From Acidimicrobiales bacterium (GTDB lineage Bacteria; Actinomycetota; Acidimicrobiia; Acidimicrobiales; CAIXPF01), in NCBI GenBank assembly GCA_020846295.1, contig JADLEF010000015.1, positions 152 through 64,151 of the forward strand: a DNA stretch of 64,000 bases, read 5' to 3'. The position numbers and the translations under genes are program-made. How positions within the stretch are numbered: the first letter of the stretch is position 1; the number at the start of each line of letters is the position of its first letter. Below the pieces are notes generated by a model. It made no database searches and was not told the origin of the DNA. It worked only from the letters and a program-made list of their open reading frames with translations. Below, one piece after another: positions 36,370 through 46,283 of this stretch.

Positions 36370-37191
36370 GTGTGTGGGATGGACGGTCCGGTCCACCGGG
36401 GCCGGCCCGGGCTCGCTAGCGTCGGGCCGGTGAACCAACCCGAAACGTCCGCCCTGGACGCGTTCCTCGCCGTGTTCGAGTCGCTGCCCCGGCAGGGGCC
36501 GGGCTCCCGGGCCTGCACGGCGCAGGCCCTGGCGATGTGTGAGGGCCTGCCTCCCGAGCCGGACATCGTGGACCTCGGCTGCGGTGGCGGCGCGCAGACC
36601 CTCGACCTCGCCGAGCTGACGGGTGGCGTCGTCGTGGCGGTGGACAACCACGCGCCGTTCGCCGAGCTGCTCACCCGGCGGGCCGCGGCGCGGGGCTGCT
36701 CGGATCGGGTCCGGCCTCACATCGCCGACATGACCGACCCCGGGCTCCCGGCTGAGCGGGCGGACCTGGTGTGGTCCGAGGGTGCGCTGTACAACATCGG
36801 GCTGGCGGCCGCCCTGCCGCGGTGCCACCGGCTCCTGCGCCCCGGCGGCTACCTCGCCTTCACCGACGCGGTGTGGCGCACGCAGGACATCCCGGACGCC
36901 GTTCGCGAGCTGTTCGCCGACTATCCCACGATGGGCACGGTGGCGGATGTGCTGGCCCTGCTCCCGGCCCACGGCTTCGAGTTGATCGGGCACTTCCCGG
37001 TCCCGGACGACGCCTGGTGGGACGAGTTCTACACGCCGATGCGGGCGCGCATCACCGAGCTGCGGGCCAACGGGTCCTTCGGCGCCGAGGGCCTCGCCGC
37101 GCTCGATCGCTGCGACGCCGAGATCGACCTGTTCAGCGAACACGGCCACCGCTACGGCTACGAGTTCTTCGTCGCCCGCCGCCCGTCCTGA
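36370..37191 (+). CDS. Class I SAM-dependent methyltransferase
   Basis: VDLGCGGGAQTLDL is motif I, and LLRPGGYLAFTD is present. The start is uncertain (36370, 36379 or GTG 36430). Confidence 0.75.
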   Translation: MCGMDGPVHRGRPGLASVGPVNQPETSALDAFLAVFESLPRQGPGSRACTAQALAMCEGLPPEPDIVDLGCGGGAQTLDLAELTGGVVVAVDNHAPFAELLTRRAAARGCSDRVRPHIADMTDPGLPAERADLVWSEGALYNIGLAAALPRCHRLLRPGGYLAFTDAVWRTQDIPDAVRELFADYPTMGTVADVLALLPAHGFELIGHFPVPDDAWWDEFYTPMRARITELRANGSFGAEGLAALDRCDAEIDLFSEHGHRYGYEFFVARRPS

Positions 37192-37354
37192 CCGGCGACG
37201 CGGCCGCGATCGGGCCCACCTTGGTGGGTGTGCGGCCCGACAACGCTCCGGAGGGGTTGGAGCGCAGACGCCGGGCCGCACCCGCCCGACGCTAGTGAGC
37301 AGCGGTTCAGTAGCGGGAAGGCCGCAGGACGGTGCAGGGCCCGGGTCGCCGCGC

Positions 37355-37954
37355 TCAGCGGGCGAGCACGGCGACCAGGAAGTCCGACCCGGGCCCGAAC
37401 GGCCGGAGGTCCCACGTGCCCAGTGAGAGCTCGGCGTGCAGACCGACCGCATCGGCGTCGGCGAAGAAGTCGTCGAACTCGTAGCCCCGCCCGGCCCCGA
37501 AGCCGACGACGAGGCGCCCCTGCGGTGCCAGGTGGGCGGCGAGCCGCTCGAGCACGGCCCGGCGCGTCGACGGATCGAGGAAGGTCATCACGTTGCCCGC
37601 GCACACCTCGACGTCGAACCCTCCTGCGATCCCCCGGGCGGCGAGGTCGAGCTCGGAGAGGTCAGCGACCAACCAGGTCGGCCCCGGGTGGTCGCCCTCG
37701 GCGGCAACGATGAGCGCCGGATCGAGGTCGACGCCGACGACGTCATGGCCGAGCGCCGCCAACCGGCCGCCCACCCGGCCCGGTCCGCAACCGGCGTCGA
37801 GGATCCTCGCCCGGCGGGGCGCCATGGCATCCACCAGGCGCGCCTCGCCGTCGAGGTCCTGACCCGCGGCGGCCATCGAGCGGAACCGCTCGATGTACCA
37901 GGCCGAGTGGCCAGGGTTCTGTTCGATCATCCGGAGCCACTGGTTGGCGGTCAT
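37355..37954 (-). CDS. Class I SAM-dependent methyltransferase
   Basis: ATG at 37954. ILDAGCGPGRVGGRLA is motif I. The upstream part of the listed ORF is Thr/Arg/Pro-rich and I rejected it. Confidence 0.75.
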   Translation of the reverse strand: MTANQWLRMIEQNPGHSAWYIERFRSMAAAGQDLDGEARLVDAMAPRRARILDAGCGPGRVGGRLAALGHDVVGVDLDPALIVAAEGDHPGPTWLVADLSELDLAARGIAGGFDVEVCAGNVMTFLDPSTRRAVLERLAAHLAPQGRLVVGFGAGRGYEFDDFFADADAVGLHAELSLGTWDLRPFGPGSDFLVAVLAR

Positions 37955-37994
37955 ACCGGCGAAGGTAGCGCCGGCGGCGAGCCACGGCGTGCGC

Positions 37995-39647
37995 TCAACT
38001 GAACGCCACGCCGGCGTAGCCCTCGTCGGCGGCCTGTTTGATGCGAGCCAGGTACCGCGGGGCCCCGCCCTGGTAGACGTTGTAGCGGGTCTTGCCGTAC
38101 TCGTGCCCGGCGAGGTTCGAGTTGTAGCCCGTGATCCAGCTCTGCGCCCGGCCCGAGAGCACCAGCTCGTAGCTGCGGGCGACATCGACCAGCCACTCGC
38201 GCTCCGCCGACTCCTGCGCGTCGAACCGGCGGTGGCCGTGCTGCCACATGAACTGGAGCAGCTCGGTCGCCCAGTCGACGGCGGGTTCGATCGCCCGGGG
38301 GAAGTTCGTGGCCGCGATCTGCGGGCCGGCCAGCATGATCAGGTTCGGGAAGCCGCTGACCAGCAGACCGAGGTAGGTCTGCGGGCCGTCGGCCCACTTG
38401 TCGCGCAGCTTGCGCCCGCCGACGCCGGTGATGTCCATGCGGTCGAACGCGCCGGTGAACGCATCGAAGCCGGTGGCGTAGACGATGATGTCGAACTCCC
38501 GCTCGCCGTCGGAGGTGCGGATCCCCGTGGGCGTGATGCACTCGATCGGGGTCTCGTTGAGGTCGACGAGGGTCACGTTGTCCCGGTTGTAGGCCTCGAA
38601 GTAGTTGGTCTCGAGCGGGACCCGCTGGATGCCGAAACCGTGGTCCTTCGGGATGAGCTTCTCGGCCAGCACCGGGTCGTTGACCCGGCGGCGGATCCGA
38701 TCCGCGATGTACTCGGAGAACTCGGCGTTCGCCTGTTCATCGAGGAAGATCTCGAGGAAGTTCTGCAGCCAGATGCCGAAGCCGGGGCCGTCGTAGAGCC
38801 GGTCCCACAGCTCCATGCGCTCTTCGCGCGACACGTTGTAGAACCCGCGTCGGTCGGCGTCGTGCTCGAACCCGGCCGCGGTGCGACTGCAGCGATCGAA
38901 GATCTCGTCGTAGCGCCGCCGGATGTCGGCCATCTCCTCGTCGGAGATGGGGCTGTTGTTGAGCGGCGCCGCCCAGTTCGGCCGCCGCTGGAACACCACG
39001 AGCTGCGCCGCCTGCTTGGCGATCTCGGGGATCGCCTGGATGGCGGTGGCGCCGGTACCGATCACCGCGACCCGCTTGCCGGCGAGCTCCAACGGCTCGG
39101 CCGGCCAGTCGAAGGTGTGGAAGGCCGGGCCCTGGAAGGAGTCCATGCCCTCGATGCGGGGGTAGGTGGGCACCGACAGCACGCCGACGGCGGTGAGCAC
39201 GAAGCGGGTGGTGACCTCGCTGCCGTCACGCAGGCGCAGCCGCCAGAACGCGCCCTCCTCGTCGAAGGTCATGGCGTCGACGAAGCAGTTGAAGCGGATG
39301 CGTTCGCGCAGCGAGAACTTGTCGGCGACGAAGTTCAGGTAGCGCAACGTCTCCGGTTGAGGCGAGAACCGCTCGACCCAGTGCCACTCGTCGAGCAGCT
39401 CCCGGCTCCAGGAGTAGCCGTAGGTGTAGCTCTCGGAGTCGAACCGCGATCCCGGGTAGCGGTTCTTGTACCAGGTACCGCCGAGGTCGCCGTCGCCCTC
39501 CAGCACCACCGCATCCACACCGAGGTCCATCAGCCGCTTGATCTGGTACAGCCCGGCGACACCGGCGCCGATGACCACCACCTCGTGATCGGTGGCCCTT
39601 GCACCGGCCGCCGAAGCAGCGCCCGCCGTTGCGACATCGATCGACAT
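37995..39647 (-). CDS. Baeyer-Villiger / flavin-containing monooxygenase
   Basis: VVIGAGVAG and VIGTGATA are the two Rossmann motifs. FQGPAFHTFDW matches the BVMO fingerprint FxGxxxHxxxW. ATG 39647 has a G-rich SD upstream. Confidence 0.85.
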   Translation of the reverse strand: MSIDVATAGAASAAGARATDHEVVVIGAGVAGLYQIKRLMDLGVDAVVLEGDGDLGGTWYKNRYPGSRFDSESYTYGYSWSRELLDEWHWVERFSPQPETLRYLNFVADKFSLRERIRFNCFVDAMTFDEEGAFWRLRLRDGSEVTTRFVLTAVGVLSVPTYPRIEGMDSFQGPAFHTFDWPAEPLELAGKRVAVIGTGATAIQAIPEIAKQAAQLVVFQRRPNWAAPLNNSPISDEEMADIRRRYDEIFDRCSRTAAGFEHDADRRGFYNVSREERMELWDRLYDGPGFGIWLQNFLEIFLDEQANAEFSEYIADRIRRRVNDPVLAEKLIPKDHGFGIQRVPLETNYFEAYNRDNVTLVDLNETPIECITPTGIRTSDGEREFDIIVYATGFDAFTGAFDRMDITGVGGRKLRDKWADGPQTYLGLLVSGFPNLIMLAGPQIAATNFPRAIEPAVDWATELLQFMWQHGHRRFDAQESAEREWLVDVARSYELVLSGRAQSWITGYNSNLAGHEYGKTRYNVYQGGAPRYLARIKQAADEGYAGVAFS

Positions 39648-39800
39648 TGCCTTCCCCCAGTTCACCTTGCTCGTACGCGGCGGCAGTGTAGGACCGGACT
39701 CCCGGCGTCGGGCAACGCCGGAAGTCCGGACTTCACCGTGCCGTTGGACCCCGTCGGCCACGGCGCAGCTCGCGGGGAGGCCGGCAGGCGACGGACGGGA

Positions 39801-41360
39801 TCAGCCGCACCTGGCCGCCGACGCGTCCCACGCGCAGTTCGGCGTCTGCGCGGCGAGCTGCAGTAGGCTGTCCTGCTTCCAGGTCTGCTCCGCCGAGCTC
39901 CACGTGGAGATGTCCGAGCCCTCCAGCATGAACGCATCGGCGTTGCCGTTCATCTGCACCTTGAGCCCGCCCAACAACATCGGGTGGGTCATGTCGATGC
40001 TGCGCATGGCGAGGATGAGGTTGCTCCGGGTCAGCCCACCGTCGAGCTCGCCGGCGATCAGCAGGCCTTGGGCGATGACCCAGCTGTAGTACATCCCGAG
40101 GTTGAACGAGGGGCTCACCTGGAACCCTGCGTCGCTGATCCACGCGCGTGCGGCGACCACGAACGCGTCGTCGTCGAAGGCGCCGATGGTCAGGTCCTTG
40201 AGCCCGCCGCCGACCGTCCACCAGCCGTCGGGGTCGGCGCCGAGCTTCGTGACCGGTGTGGTCGCCTTGCAGGCCGAGCTCATGAACTTGTAGGGCACGT
40301 CCTCCTTCATGCCGTTCTGGGCCGCCTCGGTGATCATCTGGGTGCACGACGAGCCGGTGGTCATGGCGATGAACACGTCGGGCTGTTCGGCCGCCAGGGT
40401 GGTCATCTCGTCGGTGAGCACCGCGGCGGACGGCTCGAAGGTCTGCGAGACGTACTCGATGTCGTCCTTGCGCGGCGAGCCCTGCAGGTAGGCCTCGAAC
40501 GCGCTGTTGTACGACGCACCGAAGTCGTTGTTCATCCGCAGCGCCGCCACCTTCGCCTTGCCGCCGAACTCCTCGAGGTGGTCCTCGATGAAGGTGCCCC
40601 ACATCACCGCCTCGGTCGCATAGGAGATCGAGGCGGTCGTCGTCCACGGGTGGTTGACCGGGTCGCCGAGCGCCGGGTGACCGCTGGCCGACAGCAGGTG
40701 CGGCACGCAACGGGCGTTGAGCTTGTCGTAGGTGCGCAGCGTCGACGGCGACCCCATCGTCTCGATGGCGAAGACCTTGTCGGAGTCGATCAGCTCATCC
40801 ACGAGCGGGATCGAGCGGGCCGGGTCGTACCCGTCGTCCTTCAGCACCATGGTGACCGTACGGGTCCTGCCAGTGGAGTCTTTGAAACCGCCCTGCTCGT
40901 TGTAGTGGTCGAACAATGCCACGTGACCGTTGGCGATGTTCCCCGCCTCGGCGTTCGGGCCCGAGAGCGCCGCCGGGTACCCGATGGAGATGGTGGTGTC
41001 GGTGAGCCCTTCGGTTTCGCTCCAACCCGCCGTGCAGGCGCTGAGGTCGACGGTGAAGCCCTCGGGCCCGGTGAGGGTGGCGCCGTCCGCCGAGGTCCCC
41101 CACCCCTCCTCCTTGATCCGGGACACCACCGCGGCGCGCTCCTGCTTCCACAGCGCTTCCCACTCCTCCATGGTGGTCGGCAGCGCGACCTCCGTCGGCT
41201 CCAGCGCGGAGACCGAGGTGACCGACGCGTCCGCCGCTGGTGCTGCGCTGCCGGGCGCCGCGTCGGCGGCGTCGTCGTCGCTGCTGTCCCCACCGCAGCC
41301 GGCGACGCCGGTCAGACCGACGGCGAGCGCGAGCGCGCCGATGAACCGTGTGCTTCGCAT
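39801..41360 (-). CDS. Lipoprotein, LivJ-type (branched-chain amino acid/amide) ABC transporter substrate-binding protein
   Basis: The signal peptide has a lipobox (LTGVAGCGG). The 519-aa periplasmic-binding fold pattern is present. No permease or ATPase genes are adjacent. Confidence 0.75.
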   Translation of the reverse strand: MRSTRFIGALALAVGLTGVAGCGGDSSDDDAADAAPGSAAPAADASVTSVSALEPTEVALPTTMEEWEALWKQERAAVVSRIKEEGWGTSADGATLTGPEGFTVDLSACTAGWSETEGLTDTTISIGYPAALSGPNAEAGNIANGHVALFDHYNEQGGFKDSTGRTRTVTMVLKDDGYDPARSIPLVDELIDSDKVFAIETMGSPSTLRTYDKLNARCVPHLLSASGHPALGDPVNHPWTTTASISYATEAVMWGTFIEDHLEEFGGKAKVAALRMNNDFGASYNSAFEAYLQGSPRKDDIEYVSQTFEPSAAVLTDEMTTLAAEQPDVFIAMTTGSSCTQMITEAAQNGMKEDVPYKFMSSACKATTPVTKLGADPDGWWTVGGGLKDLTIGAFDDDAFVVAARAWISDAGFQVSPSFNLGMYYSWVIAQGLLIAGELDGGLTRSNLILAMRSIDMTHPMLLGGLKVQMNGNADAFMLEGSDISTWSSAEQTWKQDSLLQLAAQTPNCAWDASAARCG

Positions 41361-41503
41361 TGTTCTCCCCCTTCGCGGCCGCCGCGATCCGCGGTCCGGC
41401 CGACGGCGGCGAAGCTACTGACAACGCGCCAGGAACGTCAATGTAGCTCCCGTTTTCACAACAAAGACATCTGCGACAGAGCTGTCGAAGTCTCGCCAAT
41501 GGA

Positions 41504-41541
41504 GCATTCCTGCGAGGAGGACGGCCCGGGCGGGTCGGGCC
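41504..41541 (-). terminator. Long imperfect hairpin immediately downstream of yaaA
   Basis: GAGGAGGACGGCCCG-ggcgggt-CGGGCCGATCCTCCTC forms a stem of about 15 bp with one bulge. Confidence 0.45.
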
Positions 41542-41549
41542 GATCCTCC

Positions 41550-42332
41550 TCAGGCGCCGTGCCTGATGAACACGGGCTCGTCGCGGGTGGAGCGGGCGGG
41601 GTCGAAGCGGTAGCCGTCGAGGTCGAAGCGCTCGAGCGCCTTCACCGAGCTGATCCGGCCGCGCACGATCCAACCCGCCATGGCGCCGCGCGCCCGCTTG
41701 GCGAAGAAGCTCACGATCTTCGGCTCCCCGTCACCTTTGGCATCGAGGAACACCGGCGACACCACCCGCGCATCGAGCCGGTCCAGCCGCACCACCCCGA
41801 AGTACTCCTTCGACGCGAGGTTCACGAGCACGTTCGGCCCGGGGCTGCCCGCCAGGTCCGCCTGCAGTCGCTCGGTCACCGTGTCACCCCAGTAGCTGTA
41901 GAGGTCCTCGCCGCCGGGATGGTGCACCTTCGAACCCATCTCCAGCCGGTACGGCTGGATCAGGTCGAGCGGGCGCAGCACGCCGTGCAGCCCGGACAGG
42001 ATCCGCAACACCTTCTGGGCGTGGGTGAAGTCGCGGGCGTCGAACTGCCGGCCGGCGGCGAGGCCCTGGTAGGTATCGCCGTTGAAGGCCAGCACCGCAG
42101 GCCGGGCGTTGGCCGGCGTGAACGGAAGCGTCCAGTCCTGGAACCGTTCGAAGTTGAGCTCGCCCAGCGCAGGGGAGATCGACATCAGGCGCGAGAGGTC
42201 CTCCGGGGAGCTGCGCCGCAGGATGCCCACCAGCTCCTCGGTGCGCTCGAGCTGGTCGGGCACGGTGTAGCGACGGGTGGCGAGCGGCGACTCGAAATCG
42301 AGCGCCTTGGCCGGGGACACGACGATCAGCAC
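41550..42332 (-). CDS. yaaA: YaaA/DUF328 peroxide-stress protein
   Basis: MLIVVSPAKALDF is the characteristic N-terminus. The product is 260 aa. Confidence 0.85.
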   Translation of the reverse strand: MLIVVSPAKALDFESPLATRRYTVPDQLERTEELVGILRRSSPEDLSRLMSISPALGELNFERFQDWTLPFTPANARPAVLAFNGDTYQGLAAGRQFDARDFTHAQKVLRILSGLHGVLRPLDLIQPYRLEMGSKVHHPGGEDLYSYWGDTVTERLQADLAGSPGPNVLVNLASKEYFGVVRLDRLDARVVSPVFLDAKGDGEPKIVSFFAKRARGAMAGWIVRGRISSVKALERFDLDGYRFDPARSTRDEPVFIRHGA

Positions 42333-42356
42333 GACCCCGTTGTAGCAAACGGGGCG

Positions 42357-44762
42357 CTATTCGAGCGCCCCGGCGATGACCAGCTCGGCGATCCGCTCGC
42401 CGTCGTAGCCCAGCATGCCGCTCAGCACCTCCTCGAGGTGCTGGTTGAAGGTCGGCCCGCCCCAGCGGACCTCCCAGTTGGTGCGCGACAGCGTGAACGG
42501 ACAGCCCTCCACCCAGGTGGTGCCGTAGGCGGCGTGGGGCACCTCGGGGAACATGCGGCGGTGCACGAACTGCGGGTCGGCCACGCACGCGGCGGAGTCC
42601 TGCACCTGGTGGGCCGGGACGCCGGCCGCCTGCAGCTCGCGCTGGGCCCGCTCGGGGTCCCGGCCCGCCGACCAGGCGGCCAGCAGCTCGTCCAGCTCGC
42701 CCCGCCGGGCCTGGCGCTGCTCGAGGGTGAGCGCGGCGAGGTCCGGCCGGCCGAGCACCCCGACCAGGCGCCGCCACTGCTCGTCGGTCTCACACGCCAC
42801 CGCCAGCCAGCGGTCGTCCCCGGCGCCGGCGTAGACGTTGTGCGGGGCCATCGCCGGATCCTCGTTGCCGTGGCGCACCGCGCTGGTGCCGGTCAGCTCG
42901 TCGACCCACAGCGCCCGGCCGAGCAGGTGCAGCGAACCTTCGAGCTGGGCCAGGTCGAGTCGCAGGCCCTGGCCGGTCCGACGCCGGCGATCGAGCGCGG
43001 CCAGCACCGCGGCGACGGTGAACCGCGGCGAGATGTAGTCGGTGAAGGCGGTGAACGGTCCGGCCGGGATGCGGTCCGGCCAGCCGGTGACGGGGTAGAA
43101 GCCGGCGATGGCGGCGGCCATGGTGCCGAAGCCGGCGTAGTTGCGCAGCGGGCCGCTCTGGCCCATGAGGCTCGAGCTGAAGAAGATCAGCTCCGGGTTC
43201 AGCGCCCGCAACGACGCCTCGTCGAACCCCCAGGCGGCCATGGCGCCCGGCGAGAACGACTCGGTCACGACATCGGCCCAGCGGACGAGGTCGAACACCA
43301 CCTCGCGCGCTTCGGGCGTGTTGAGGTCGAGCGACAGGCCGTACTTGCCGGCGTTGAGGGAGTGCCACTGGAAGGACCCCTCCTGGTCGCCCTCCGGACC
43401 GCGGAACGGGTTCACGGCGCGCAGCACGTCCGGCCGCGACTGCGACTCGACCCGGACCACCGTGGCCCCGAAGTCGGCGAGGGTGCGGCTGCCACCCGGG
43501 CCGGCGAGGGCCCACATGAAATCGAGCACCTTCACCCCGGCGAGCGGGCGAGGGTCGGCCCCGGCGGCCCCCGACGCCTCGTGCGGAGCGACACCGGGCG
43601 GCGCAGCGACACCGGGCGGCGCCAGGGCGGGGCGGCGGCGCGGTTCGGCGGCGAGCCGGGCGGTGTCGGCCCCGAGGGGCGGCGGCGGATCGTCCAGGCG
43701 GCGCAGCGGGGCGTCATCGGCCCGGACGAACGGACCCACCATGCGGCGACCCCCGACGCGGTCCCAATAGCCCCGCTCGGCGAGCTGCGCCATGTCGAGC
43801 ACGTCGCGGGTGGTGGTCACCGGTGCGATGAGCAGGTTCCGGTGCAGCGCGGCGTCGAACAGTTCCGCCTTGGTCTTGGTGCGCAGGAAGTCGGCCAGCA
43901 CCTCGGTGGCGCGATCGAGCTCGTCCGGTGACTCGACACCGTCGAAGACCTGCATGGCGAAGTCGATCCAGTTCTTCTCGCCGAGGTCGGGGCCGCAGCG
44001 ACCCTCCTCCTGGATCCACCGCCACAGGCGCTCGGTGTAGCGGCCGATCATCGGCCCGAACAGGAACGTGACGGTGACGTGCCCGTCGGCGCACTCGTAG
44101 ACGAACTGCACCCGCAACGGGCCGAGCTGCACCCCGCCGGCGGTGCGGTGCGGGCTGGGGTTGCCGACCAGCGCGTTCATCATCGTGAACTGGGTGGCGG
44201 TGAGGAAGGACTGCTGGGCGGACACGTCGACGTGCTGGCCGAGGCCGCTGCGCTGCCGCTCGTGCAGGGCGATGAGCGCGCCGGACACCGCGTCGGCCGC
44301 GGCGTAGTGCCACGTCATCGGTTCGCTGATGCGCACCGGCGCCCGGTCCGCGTCGCCGGTGACGGACATGGTGCCGCTGGCGGCGGCCACGATGAGGTCG
44401 GTGGCCGCCCACCCCGCCTTCGGTCCGTCCTGACCGAACGGGGTGATCGAGGCGGTGATCAGCGCCGGGTTGGCGGCGCGCAACGCGGCCAGGTCGACAT
44501 CGATCGCGCCGCACTCGACGAGGATGTCGGCGCCGGCGGCGAGGTGGCCGAGCAGCGCCGGATCGTGCAGGGTGACCGATGCCTTGCCGCGGTCGTAGAC
44601 ATCGTGACCGGGATCGCCGGCGAGGCGCGACCGGTTGCCGCCCGGTGGTTCGACGAGGATCACCTCCGCACCGAGTTGGGCGAACAGCAGGCCGGCGAGG
44701 TGGCCGCGGTCGTCGGTGAGGTCGAGCACCCGATAGGGCGAGAGCATGCCGGCGGTGATCAT
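42357..44762 (-). CDS. Tandem-fused double family III CoA-transferase (two CaiB/BaiF modules in one 801-aa protein)
   Basis: The first module starts YRVLDLTDDRGHLAGLLFAQLGAEVILVEPPGG. The second starts VKVLDFMWALAGPGGSRTLADFGATVVRVES. A Pro-rich linker joins them. Confidence 0.85.
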   Translation of the reverse strand: MITAGMLSPYRVLDLTDDRGHLAGLLFAQLGAEVILVEPPGGNRSRLAGDPGHDVYDRGKASVTLHDPALLGHLAAGADILVECGAIDVDLAALRAANPALITASITPFGQDGPKAGWAATDLIVAAASGTMSVTGDADRAPVRISEPMTWHYAAADAVSGALIALHERQRSGLGQHVDVSAQQSFLTATQFTMMNALVGNPSPHRTAGGVQLGPLRVQFVYECADGHVTVTFLFGPMIGRYTERLWRWIQEEGRCGPDLGEKNWIDFAMQVFDGVESPDELDRATEVLADFLRTKTKAELFDAALHRNLLIAPVTTTRDVLDMAQLAERGYWDRVGGRRMVGPFVRADDAPLRRLDDPPPPLGADTARLAAEPRRRPALAPPGVAAPPGVAPHEASGAAGADPRPLAGVKVLDFMWALAGPGGSRTLADFGATVVRVESQSRPDVLRAVNPFRGPEGDQEGSFQWHSLNAGKYGLSLDLNTPEAREVVFDLVRWADVVTESFSPGAMAAWGFDEASLRALNPELIFFSSSLMGQSGPLRNYAGFGTMAAAIAGFYPVTGWPDRIPAGPFTAFTDYISPRFTVAAVLAALDRRRRTGQGLRLDLAQLEGSLHLLGRALWVDELTGTSAVRHGNEDPAMAPHNVYAGAGDDRWLAVACETDEQWRRLVGVLGRPDLAALTLEQRQARRGELDELLAAWSAGRDPERAQRELQAAGVPAHQVQDSAACVADPQFVHRRMFPEVPHAAYGTTWVEGCPFTLSRTNWEVRWGGPTFNQHLEEVLSGMLGYDGERIAELVIAGALE

Positions 44763-44811
44763 CGGGCGAGATCTTGCCCCATCCGCTCCCCCGCTGCGCG
44801 GGACACCGGCC

Positions 44812-45693
44812 TCAGGACGTCAAGCGGATGCGGGTCCGATCGCCCTGGCTGACGATGTGCACCCCGGTCGGGGTGTTGAAGTGGGTGCCGAGCACGAGCA
44901 CGTCGGTGTCGCAGTGCTCCTGCACGAAGGCGGTGCGGGTGGCTGCGGCGAGAGCCTTGTCGGCATCGGCAGCCTGCTGCCACTGCGGCTCGGCGATCTG
45001 CACCGGGTGGATCATCATGTCCCCCGTGATGACGGCGCGGCCCGCACCGGAGGACACCGCCACGCTGCAGTGGCCAGGGGTGTGGCCGGGCGTGGGCAGA
45101 AGCCGCACCACGTCGTCGATCTCCCATTCGCCGTCGACCCACTGCACCTGCTCGGCTTCGACGATCGGCAGGAGGTTCTGGCGCAGCACCGCCTGCTCGT
45201 GCACGCCGGGCAGATCCTTGATGCCCTCCCATTCCTTGCGGTTGAACAGGTAGCGGGCGTTGGGGAAGGTGGGCACCCACCGGCCGTCGACCAGGCTGGT
45301 GTTCCAGCCGGTGTGATCGATGTGCATGTGCGTGCAGAACACGTAGTCGATCGACTCGGGCGGGCAACCGGCCCGGGCGAGGTCCTCCAGGAACGTGCCG
45401 CGCCGGTGGTTCCACTGCGGGAACCCGGCCGACTCCTTGTCGTTGCCCAGGCAGGTGTCGATCAACACGGTGTGCCGGCCGGTCTGCACGATCAGGCTGT
45501 GGATGCTCAGCAGCATCGACCGGTTCTCGTCGATGAACTGTGGCTGCAGCCAGTCGAGGTGGGGATCGAAGTCCTCCCGCGTCTTGTCGACGTAGAGCAC
45601 CTTCGGGCTCATCGGCTCGATGACGTCGACGACCTTCACGATCGAGACGTCGCCCACCCCGAACACCTGCGCCGCAGCACCCGAACCGCTCAT
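44812..45693 (-). CDS. MBL-fold metallo-hydrolase
   Basis: CTHMHIDHTGW is the HxHxDH motif. ATG 45693 has a G-rich SD. Confidence 0.8.
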   Translation of the reverse strand: MSGSGAAAQVFGVGDVSIVKVVDVIEPMSPKVLYVDKTREDFDPHLDWLQPQFIDENRSMLLSIHSLIVQTGRHTVLIDTCLGNDKESAGFPQWNHRRGTFLEDLARAGCPPESIDYVFCTHMHIDHTGWNTSLVDGRWVPTFPNARYLFNRKEWEGIKDLPGVHEQAVLRQNLLPIVEAEQVQWVDGEWEIDDVVRLLPTPGHTPGHCSVAVSSGAGRAVITGDMMIHPVQIAEPQWQQAADADKALAAATRTAFVQEHCDTDVLVLGTHFNTPTGVHIVSQGDRTRIRLTS

Positions 45694-45794
45694 CCCTGTT
45701 CCCCCGTTCAACCGGCCGGCGGCCGCTGTCGACGACACCGTAGCGCCGCTGCCCATGGGGCGGGGTCCACTGCCGGGGCCGCGGCCAGTGACGC

Positions 45795-46169
45795 TCAGCG
45801 CCGCGGCGAGCGGCGCGGCTTGGAGGCCGCTACGGCGCTGCCGTTGAGGTCGGCGAGCACCTCCTGGCTCTGCCCGAGCACCGAGATCAGCAGCTCCTTC
45901 GCCACCCGCAACAGCTCCCCGACGAGCGGGTCGCGCAGGGAGTAGAACACCGAGGTTCCCTCCTTGCGGGTGTTCACCAGGCCAGCTTTGCGGAGGATGG
46001 CCAGCTGCTGGGACAGGTGGGTGAGCTCGATGCCGACCTGCGGCTGGAGCTCACCGACGGAGAACTCACCCGAGCACAGCACCTCGAGCACCTTGATGCG
46101 AGCCGGGTGGGCCAGCGCCTTGAAGACCTCCGCCTTCAGTTCGGGGATCGCGAGCCGTTGACCGAGCAT
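45795..46169 (-). CDS. ArsR/SmtB-family transcriptional regulator
   Basis: FKALAHPARIKVLEVL...VGELQPQVGIELTHLSQQLAILRKAGLV is the ArsR winged helix-turn-helix. Confidence 0.85.
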   Translation of the reverse strand: MLGQRLAIPELKAEVFKALAHPARIKVLEVLCSGEFSVGELQPQVGIELTHLSQQLAILRKAGLVNTRKEGTSVFYSLRDPLVGELLRVAKELLISVLGQSQEVLADLNGSAVAASKPRRSPRR

Positions 46170-46283
46170 CCGTCGAGCGTAGCGTCCAGCAAGACCACCA
46201 CCATGCAGTAGTTGCGAACCTATGCAGTCAGGTAGTCATGCAGGCTGTCAGCCTCGCAAAGTCCTCGTTCCGCTGTGAGGCCG

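Noticed and set aside
39984-43931. 1315-aa ORF on the + strand across the SBP, yaaA and CoA-transferase genes
   Set aside because: It has the same low-complexity Arg/Gly/His/Val composition. All three - strand genes have strong family motifs, so this is an antisense artefact.
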